The position numbers were made by a program, and so were the translations under genes. The notes beneath the pieces were generated by a model. That model was given only the letters and a program-made list of their open reading frames with translations. It was not told where the DNA came from and did not search any database. 64,000 bases of DNA from Guillardia theta CCMP2712. Taxonomy: Eukaryota; Protista; Cryptophyta. Positions 54,901 through 64,000 of this stretch are shown piece after piece; position 1 is the first letter of the stretch; every line of letters begins with the position of its first letter. The DNA lies in the NCBI RefSeq assembly GCF_000315625.1, contig NW_005434672.1, positions 775,374 to 839,373 on the forward strand, read 5' to 3'.

Positions 54901-55930
54901 ATGGAAAGTGTCCTCAACCCAATGCAGATCAAGGCCTCGTCTATGCGGATCAACTACAAGCTTGACATCTCTCCGTGTCCAGTCGGTTCCTACGGGGACT
55001 ACGAGGGAGTCAGACCTTGTCTTCCCTGTCCTGTCGGTTACTTCTCCTCCCTTGCCGGCCAGTCTCAGTGCTCACCCTGTCCTCCTGGAAGTTACGCGGA
55101 CGAGACCGGGCTGGTGGCCTGCAAGGCATGTCCTGACGGCGTCATGACTCCTTCAGCCGCGTCCACCAGTCTCGCCAAATGTACAGGCCCAGCCTTCTGC
55201 GGGAACTTTCTGGACAACTGCGACCTGCATGCCTCCTGCCACGACGTCCCTGGTTCCTTCGAGTGTGCTTGCAGCCAAGGGTTCGTGGGGGACGGGGTGA
55301 CTTGCGATGCGGTCTGCGGCGACGGGCTGGTGGTGGACGGAGAGGAGTGTGACGATGGCAACACGTGGGACCTTGACGGCTGCAGCTCCAACTGTTCGCT
55401 CGAGGGGGGTTACACCTGCTCGGCCGTTGGAGGGATCGGGAGCTGCTTGTGTGTCCTGTCCTCCAGTGAATGCTGCATGCGGGAGTATTGGGGCTGTCTG
55501 TCAAATCGTCTTGCTTGCGACTCGGATTGCTTTCAGAATCTCAACGTCTGCTTTCAGAAGAATTCAAACTCTCTCTCGTACAAGGTAAGAACCTCTCTTG
55601 ATCCCGTTCCTCTTCTCTCCTTCGACCTTGGGTTCAACTTCCTCCACGTCTACCTCACTACTTCTTTGCCCTTCCCCTCCTCCTCTCCTTCACGTCTTCT
55701 TGACTTTGTCTGCACAGGACAACCAAGCTTCGGCTGGTCCGGGGCTGATCCAGTGGGAGTCCTTGTTCCGGTCCAACTGTGACCCTGGGAGGATGAAAGT
55801 CTGTTACGAGACGTTCTCTTACTGCAAGTTCTCGACGAGCTCGCTCGCTTCTCCTGCGGCTCCCTCGTCGTGTCCTTCAGTCGACTGTGTCGACGGGTAC
55901 GCCAAGTGCATTAACACGGAGGCATGTAGA
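51982..55930 (+). CDS. Large secreted multidomain protein: chitobiase/Fn3-like, YHYH, LamG-like, Cys-rich repeats, EGF-like, Myxococcus-type Cys repeat
   Basis: Signal peptide; IRYTTDGTDP; IGIAINGVPMF...GLYHYR...HSSLLGFKLDGIPVYGP...DLDECGGH...YHYH; WTHVVCVYD...LYING; CPVGYFS...CPPGSY; CGDGLVVDGEECDDGNTWDLDGCSSNC. One intron at about 55585-55717. Confidence 0.85.
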
Positions 55931-56193
55931 TAGCAAGGTGGGGGGGAAGGAGCCATTGTACTTTTGTTTACAGTTATTCTTAGTCTTATCAGAGTTGTTG
56001 GGGTTCACAAATCTAATTCTTTCCAATGTGAATAGATTATCTTTACAACATTTCCACACCACCGAAACTCTCCCCCACGTTGCCAGTCAGCCCCAACAGC
56101 CCTCACCCTCCCCAGCTTCCTGCCGTGTCTACCTCGTCCTAATTCGCCTGCTCCTCTACAACCCTCACTGCCCAGTCTCGGTATTCTCCTCGC

Positions 56194-57430
56194 CTACTTC
56201 GACTTGTTGGTCTCGAGAGTCGATCGTTTCACCCTGCTGAGAGGGCTGATCGAATCGTCGAAGATATACCGGAAGATCGCTCCCGGCCAGGACTTGCACT
56301 GAGGGAGGTCATCGTAGAATTCGGGAGCAATCTTGCGCAGCTGAACAGGAGGCATTGTGTTAGCGAGCAGGGAAGAGGAAGAGGAGGAGGAGGAGAGGAG
56401 ATACAAGGCAGTCAAGAAGGAGGACAGAAGAAGAGACAGATGGATAGATACAGAGACAGACGGGGAGGGAGAGAGAGGGAGGAGGAGGAGAGGTAAGAGC
56501 AGGTGAGGACTGAGAGGAATTACCTTGGGCAAGTTGCTCCAAGGGATGTTAGGGAAGTCATGGTGTTCGTTGTGATATCCAACGTTGTATGCTAACCAGT
56601 TCAAGGCCCCGTAGTAGGAGTACGTCTCAGCGGTTCCTTCCATCACGTAGTGCTCTGCGATGAAGTGCCCTGCTGTCGGGTGGATGCTTCCCGCGAAGAA
56701 TGTGGAGAGGAGGAAGTAGAGCATGACCTTGATACCGAACATGTACATCATACCCAGGTCGAAGGCGATCTGCCAAGCATCGGCGTCAACGCGTGTTTAA
56801 GAGCAGCAAGCATGTTTCAACAACCTGCACGGCCCAGTTCAAGGCGATCCACGAGTCCTTGGGAACCAGGGACGGCTTCACGCACATCGGCCTGAAGGCG
56901 TATGCGAAGATCTGAAAGAACATAAAGACGGCTTTCTTCACCGTGTGCTCCAAGTACGAGTGAGAGGTCTTGGTGATCAACCATGCCTCCAATGCAGTCG
57001 GAATATCCGTGTCGACACCATCCTCCCCTTGATATCTATGATGTTCCATGTGGTACGGCTTGAAAGTAATGCTATATGGGATGCCAATCGGCAAGTTCGC
57101 AATGATTCCGCACAGCTTGTTGTGTTCAGACTTCTTGAATCCCAAGTTGTGTGAGAGCTCGTGGATGGCGAGGAAGAGCGAGTGATTGATCGTGGCACCA
57201 ACAACGTAGACGACAACCAGGTAGGCGACCCAAGACCATTCCAGAGTGAATACAGAAAGAGCTACCTGAGCTCCGACGGAGAGCATGACGAGGTACTTGG
57301 TGAGAGGCTCATGGCGCATGAGCTGCTTCACCTCAGGATGGGCCTTAAGGATCTTCTCCTTCCTCGTCGCATGAGGCTCTGACTGCTCGCTCCTAAAGAA
57401 GTCTCCTCGTCGCTGCCCGCCGCCGCCCAT
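56194..57430 (-). CDS. DES1: Sphingolipid delta-4 desaturase (DES1/DEGS family)
   Basis: EPHATRKEKILKAHPEV; His boxes HELSH, HMEHH, HNEHHDFP; two introns. Confidence 0.95.
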
Positions 57431-58440
57431 GCCGGTCTGCTCTTGCGTGGGTGGAAGTGAAGGTCTACCCGAGGGGGTAGTGTCAGATTGAGGGTAGGTA
57501 GGGGTAGTCAATGGTAGGGTCACTCAAATACATGGTGGGAGGTTGAGTCAAATTCCAATATGAGATTAGGTGGCTCAAGTGGGGTCCTAATGGTAGATGA
57601 GGGGTAGGGGTACTGTTAAGTGCCTCTATCAAAGGGTTGCTGGGTATCGTGGTCATCGATGACCTCCATAGGGGTGGGGGTCCTACCTCCTGACGCTCAA
57701 GGCGAAGGTGCCAGGGAAATCAGGGGGTTAGATGGGGTGGGGTGGTGAAAGTCCAGGGTAGGGGTGAATTTTCGGTCAAATGATGGGTAGTAGGTTGTGT
57801 AGGCTGAAGGGATAATGAGATTTATGAGGTAGGGGTCAATATTCTTCTTCTGAGACTGTTGAAGTGTGGGGTACACAAGAGTAAAATAGGGGGTGAGGGT
57901 ATTATCGACAGGGGTACAAAAAGGATGTAATTGCGATCTGGGGTGGGTGGTATAGGTTTCTGTCAACCGCCACGTTTCAGATTTCAAATTCTCCATTGCC
58001 ATTTTGATTCAAAATGATTTGAAATAATCTACCGGGAAATTGTCTTTCTAATTTCAATATTCAACAAAACATTACAAAATATATGAAATTTTCTTAATTC
58101 TGTTCGTTTGCCTTAATTATGTCCACAATTTAGCTTAATTTCAACTCATTTTAACAGTCTGAGGCGGACCCAAGTCTCGATCCCCTTTGGGGGATGCATT
58201 TATTCAAAGTACCGGTCTAAATGAGCGACAGAAAGGGGGTAGATCAGGTGGGTTCCGAGGGTCCCTTGCCCCGATCGAAGCGACAATGGCGGGAAAATAG
58301 CGAGGAGGCGAAACGAGGACGAGGAGACGAACGCAGGAGCAGAGGAGAGAAAAGCGAAACATTGGAAGTTTTTTTGAACCTGATTCAGTCGAGGTGAGAT
58401 GAAAGCCTTGCTCTGAGGACTTTGGCTTGACAAGGCGGAC

Positions 58441-60850
58441 ATGGTGCCTGAAAGGATTTTGGCTGCCACGGCCTTCACTGTGATAACATCATTGGTAGAC
58501 ACGACCCCTCTCTTCTCTCGTGCGGATTCGTATAGCAAGATATATTTGATGCCTGTGGAGGTGTGATATGATGGTTATCGGACGTGCCGTGAAGAAAGGA
58601 ATGCTCAGACTGTTAACCGTCTCTTTGCTCCTTGGTTGGGGTTCGTCGCTCAGTCATCAGGATCTCCATCGAACCAGCAACCGAGATCCCGCTTGTCATG
58701 CAGGCACACAACTACCCTTCCTCTATGTCTGATGTACCTTGATTCTTTTCACTTCCCCAATGACTACCTCCCACTTTCCTTGCTCGACTTTTCCTGTACG
58801 TCCCTTCCCCCCCCCGCTTTCCCTCCCCCCCACCTCCACCCCCTCTCCTTCGTCCTTGTTCTCGTCCTCGTCCTCTTTCCCAGCAGCAAATCTCCTCGCA
58901 TCTCCCCCCTCACTCTCCCCTTTTCTATCACTGCCTTCTGTCATACATGCGAGATATGACTCTTCTGTCGCTCACAGGCGATGCTCGTCGAGCTCATTCA
59001 ATGAGTTTCTGCCTTCCTTCTCCCACCGACAGAGCCAGGCGTCTCGACGTCTCAGGATCATACCCTCCTCCTCCCTCCTCCGTCCCTCCTCCGCCTCCTC
59101 CGCCTCCTCCGCCTCCTCCGCCTCCTCCGCCTCCTCCGCCTCCTCCATCCTCCTCTACACATCCAGGTAACACTAACTGATCTGCGATGAAACCGGTTGA
59201 ACCAGCATAGGGCTGCGAGGGGGCTGCAAGAACGAGACTGCGGGAGTTGAGGTGAACGCAGTCGATGGTAGTGTGCCAAGACTGACTGGAGGAGACGCAG
59301 GAGTTGTGGTGGCAGAGCCTGCCAGGAGGGAGGATGAATCCGATCTACTGGTGGTGGAGAGTGAAGGAGGGGGGCCCGTACACCAAGTACGGCACATACC
59401 ACATCAACCCGCTGTGCAAGATAGTGGCGGTGAGCAGAGCCAGTCGGAGAGGGAGCGTACTGATGTGCTGCCTTCGTTGCAGTTCTCTATGAAGAACATG
59501 CTTCACCTTCAGGCCTGTGCGCTCATCGGTCAGTTCTCGAAGCTCCTGGACAAGGGCCTCCGTCCAGTCGTCACGAGTGAGAACTGGTGGGACATCTGGT
59601 ACTACAGCATCTTCTCTGTCATTCACCTCCGGCAAATTTTCTATATCCTGCAAGATCAGCGGCCGATACAGTTCGAGCAAGACGACCTCGAGCTCTACGA
59701 GCTCGTCTTCCAGGTGTTAGCTACATCTGGATCTTTTCCCTCCTTGCGCTTGTGCTTGTTGTCATCGTCATCCTTGTCTTTGTCATTATCGTTGATCTCA
59801 GTGCTCCTGATTCCATTGCAGAACAATCAGTTCTCTCCTCGTCAGTTCGACAAGCTCCGGGCGCTTGCCAGGTAACAGCAAACTGACGTGATGACGTCAT
59901 CTCATCTTCTCCTGCCAGCAAGAGGCAGGCCAAAGCCGGAACGCTTCTAGTTCCTCCTGGTCAGGCGATCCGAGAGCTGACCATCGTCGTCAAGGGAGAG
60001 TGCGAGGTTATGGTGGGGGGCCACCGAGCGAACGTGATCCGTCCGGGAGGCTTCCTGGGGGAGTTGGAGTTCCTGCAGGTGGGGAGGAGGAGAGAGTAGT
60101 TGTCTCTGCTTGTCGATGGTGAACAGAGTGGCGGCAGGGGGAGGAGAAGGAGAAGGAGAAGGAGGGCGTTCACGAAGCAAAGCTGCCGGAGGGGAACAGC
60201 ACGTTTGACATGCTTGTCCGCGCGAGGTCGCAGATCACCTACTTCTCCTGGAACTTCGAGGTGCTCGAGAAGTTTCTGAGGAAATCGGAGAACAAGCAGG
60301 TGAGGTGAGGGCGGGCGGTTGCTTTCCGCTAATGACAAGAGGAAGATCGCCCTGAGACTGGAAGCCATCTTGGCGAAGGAGCTTGCAAACAAAGTAAGGA
60401 TGATGATGATGGTGGTGATGATGGTGGTGATGGTGGTGGTGGTGATGATGATGAAGAGGAGGAGGAAGAAGATAATGATGAATAATGAGATAATTGAGAA
60501 GGCCAAGATGTCGATCAGGGAGTTGATGATAGTGATGATGATTACGGTCACGGAGTCGAATATGGTGGAACAGGAAGGGGGAAGCTCTGATTGTGAGCAT
60601 CCAGGTGCTCGAAACCGAGTCGGAGACGGATCGGCCGAGCATGCCGCAATCATCAGCCGAAGACATCTTCGACTCCTTCAAATCAAGCTTACAGGGCAAC
60701 AGGTGCCCGGCTCCTCTCCTCTCGAATGCACCAGCTGACTGAGTGGCAGATCAACGTCATCCATCCTGTGGAAGAAGATGTCAGAATGGTGCGACATGTT
60801 CCCTTTCTCTCAAACTCGCTCTGACTGCAGGTCAGGTTTACAAGCGGATA
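58441..60850 (+). CDS. Popeye-domain (cNMP-binding-like) membrane protein
   Basis: TM segments then RPIQFEQDDLELYELVF...FSPRQFDKL; ELTIVVKGECEVMVGGHRANVIRPGGFLGELEF; ITYFSWNFEVLEKFL; LEAILAKELANK. Both ends approximate. Confidence 0.7.
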
Positions 60851-60975
60851 ATTGACTTTATTGATTGATGAGCTGTATGACAAGTGTATATGTAAGACAA
60901 CAAGAGCTCGAGATCTCCGAGCTCTTCATGCATGAATGTGCTGTGTGGACTGGATAGTTGGAACCCTTCAGAGGG

Positions 60976-62806
60976 TCAGCGTGCTGCCCCATGACAAGAT
61001 GCGGGCAAGTGCATCTGCAAATTCTAATCAACTCAACCTTGCGGACAAGTCAAGGATCACCGCTCGATGATAGTCTCCTCTCGGGGTCCATTTTGATCAT
61101 TTCCCCCACGATCTGGGCAAGGCCGTCCTGCCCGGGGTCGGAGGCAGAGAAGGAGAAGTTTTGCCTGAGAGAGGAGGGTGAGGAAGAGTTGTGGGAGGAT
61201 GAAGGTATGAGGGGGCCTACCTCAGCAGGTGCCAGTCGTTACCGTTGCCAGGAAGATCTTTCAGGTTCTTCAACATCTAAGAGCGATCGTGAGTAGGCGC
61301 TAGAGACGAAAGGAGGGAGTGCAATGGGCGGGGTCGGTAGGTTACCTGGAAGATGATAAGGCCGGCGGAGAAGACGTCAGACTTGCAAGTGGCTTGACTG
61401 TTCAAAATCTCTGGCGCGAGGTATCGCCGGTCCCCCTCCTGATCCTCCCACTCGTCCTCGCGGATGCACAGGCCGAAGTCTCCGATCTTGATCCCGACCT
61501 CGTCGCACAGGAAGAGATTGTCGGGCTGCCGGAGGGTCCTTGTGAGAAAATGCAACAGAGAAGAGGAGAAGCGGGTCAACCTTGAGGTCAAGGTGCATGA
61601 ACTTGTAGCCATGGATGTGCTCTAGGCCGGCGAGAAACCCTGACGCAAGAGAGAAGACCTGACAGCTGGTGAGACTGCTGCACGAGCAGGCGCTCGATAG
61701 TCTTACTCGTCTCGTCGACATTGGACAGTCCAAGGACTCCAAAACCTTGGCGAGGTTCCCTCCTGAGGATAACTTCAGCATAAACACATGTGGAACAGGC
61801 GCTGGCTGACCTTGACATAACTCCATCACGATGTAGAAGTACCCACCGTCTTGCCATGCTCGCTCGTAGCTGCAACGACACGAATCAGACGGGCAACGTG
61901 CCGGTGGCAACAGATAGCCAATGGTAGTCGGCTCGCTACCTGATAACATTCCTGTGCGCTTTGATGGAGCTCATGGACGAAATCTCTCTGATGAAGGTAT
62001 CGCGATCTCGAGAGCCGCGAAAGGTTCTTGTCGATCGCTTCAGGGCAAACATTTCCTTGGTCCTTTCACACAACCAAGTCAGCAAACACGAGCTAGACTC
62101 CCAGCCTCTCCTCGCATTACCTGTAATGGCGAGCACTCCACACCTCGCCGAACTGTCCCTTCCCGAGTAGTTCCACACACTGATAGTGGTTGTCGTACTG
62201 CAACATCGAGCTGGCTCTCTTCAGCATCGGCGTGTAGTCCTTCCTAGAGTACAATGAATTCGATCGCTTCCGCGTTGCCTGCCGCTTCACAGAAATCTCT
62301 AAAGGATCTGGGAAAGTCTCTTTCCCATCTCCAACAGGGGTATGGCAAGCGTCTTCATACTCCATGGCAAAATCAGCGCAGGTGTGAAGAATAAGCTCGC
62401 TGTCGGGCTTCTGGCTGTTGGCAGACTGAGGGAACTGCTGATCATCCATGAAGATGTTGGCGTGCGGCGACACGACGACTGCGCCTTTCCTGAGGTGCAT
62501 CTGGTTGGGAATCTGCACGCGGAGGTCCACACCTCTCTTGAATGGAGATTCTTTGCTCACTGCCTTGTGGAAGTGCGTGAAGTGAAAGGATTGATCAGGG
62601 GAGGCTTGATCTGGTGTGTCAAGCATCCTGGTTTTCTCTGCTGAAAGGTCGTCGTCCATGCTGTACGTGTGCAGCCTCTTCAGCGGCGGAGTGAGGGAGC
62701 TTGTCATGTCAATTATAGACTCATTGCAAAGACGCAGAGGAGATGCTTCGTTGCTGGACTCACTCTGCATGCTTGTATCCATGGACACCATTTCCATGGA
62801 TTCCAT
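60976..62806 (-). CDS. Wee1/Myt1-family CDK-inhibitory kinase
   Basis: LGKGQFGEV, FALKRS, HLDLK|PDNLFL, KIGDFGL, EGDRRYLAPE, SDVFSAG, LPGNGNDWHLLR; S/T-P-rich N-terminus. Confidence 0.9.
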
Positions 62807-63199
62807 TGTGGACAACACCACGGTTGAGACCGGATTCTGGTCAGGAAGGATCTATGCGGCGATGATGCTGGTAAAGCAGCGACAGACTCTGATATTGATT
62901 GACAGCGAGGAGACGGACGTCACTAATTAAGCTAAATGACTGTCCGTGATGAGAAGAGTGAGGGAAAAGGTGTTGTCCAGGGAAAAGGGCGAACGGGGTA
63001 AGGATTGGCAAAGGGAAGGCAAGGTGGAAAGATGCGAGCAGTAAGAGAGACGGGGTCGAAAAGACAGGAATAAAAGGAGGAGACTCGGGGGGGTTCCAGG
63101 GGAGGGGTCGCGGTAGCAGGCGATGGGAGGAGAGGGGAGCGAGGGGGAGGAGCTGGGGGCGGGGAGGGTGCCGGGGCAGGAAGCGTTCGATCTTTAGGA

Positions 63200-64000
63200 A
63201 GAGGGAGGGGTGGTCTTGAGACTGATGCGTGGTAGGGTAGTCCCTAAGTACTTCGAATTCATCCTAGGGTACTTTGTGGTATATTAAGGGGTGGGTTAAA
63301 TAGGTAGAAACTACGGGTGAATGAGGAAACCGTTGTAAGTTTCATTTGAAATTTCAGGGGTGGGGGTACTTTTCGTGATCATGGCACCAGTGGGGTGAGT
63401 TGAACGAATAGCCCTCTTGTGGGTGGGGTAGGCTGGAGAATACAAATAATATAAAATAGCTCATGGACCTTCGGGTAGGGTACTGATGTCGAGGGGTACG
63501 ATAGTATGTGGATCCTTGAAATGTGCTTCCCTGTGTGGGTAGGGTCCTCGGATGTGGTAAAAGTACGGGTGGTACTTCATTTGAAGGGGTAGACAAAATG
63601 CTGTAGTGGGTAGGATTATGATACACCGGTAGTCACAACATTTTGCAGTTTGTAGAAGGGGTAGATAAGAAGACCATTGAGACTCTGAGTAGGGTGGGTT
63701 ACAGATCGGTGTACAAATACCCAGTTCTATCAGTTAAAAACTGCTGAAATTGGAGGGTGGGAGATCAAAATTACAGGGTCTCCGTTGAGTCTACCTGCTA
63801 CAGGAGGTAGGAGGTAAACATTGCCCGCTAAAATTATCACGATGGGTGGTGTTCTTTGTGGTTATGAGGGTACACAGGAGCAACAGAGGGGTCAAGGAAG
63901 TACAGGGAGGATTCTTGACTACCCCTGCTTAGTCGCAGTGAATTTTCCTAGGTGGGTGGTATTGGTTGAATTTCGGTGGGTGGGGTCTTCAGGTTGTTCG
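63200..64000. other. GGGT(A/G)-rich non-coding block upstream of the kinase
   Basis: Dense gggtag/ggggta/gggtgg words and no credible ORF; similar blocks occur elsewhere in the window. Confidence 0.5.

Noticed and set aside
59961-60738. Poly-His, poly-Ile and poly-Met ORFs
   Set aside because: (ATG/GTG)n-rich intron of the Popeye-like gene; a similar intron lies at about 10040-10200.

Overview
Gene-dense eukaryotic nuclear DNA with many short (~45-60 nt) GT-AG introns, purine-rich microsatellite introns and two N-gaps. Intron style, bipartite (signal + transit) presequences and gene content suggest an alga with a complex plastid, probably a cryptophyte such as Guillardia (inference). Genes in order: M17 aminopeptidase (partial), OPR-repeat protein, degenerate STT3 paralogue, a large signal peptide-LRGG-RRM-WW-Tudor-like-GNAT gene, EsV-1-7 Cys-repeat protein, small membrane protein, FAD-oxidoreductase/SelD fusion, LRGG hypothetical, GOT1, two convergent TUP1-like paralogues, CH+ARM protein, DHHC palmitoyltransferase, LRGG low-complexity protein, plastid-type PDZ-cyclophilin, hypotheticals, LRGG membrane protein, NUP54, M13 peptidase, large secreted YHYH/LamG/EGF protein, sphingolipid delta-4 desaturase, Popeye/cNMP membrane protein, Wee1/Myt1 kinase. 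Main leads: (1) four unrelated proteins share an N-terminal C(P)L...LRGG (ubiquitin-tail-like) motif, a candidate processing or targeting signal; (2) an STT3 that has lost catalytic acidic residues but kept its sequon-binding motifs; (3) inverted TUP1 pair with a homogenised WD40 half; (4) a dispersed ~43-bp non-coding element in CCGG-rich intergenic islands. No rRNA, tRNA, CRISPR or transposase seen. Exon boundaries were derived by eye and are approximate.
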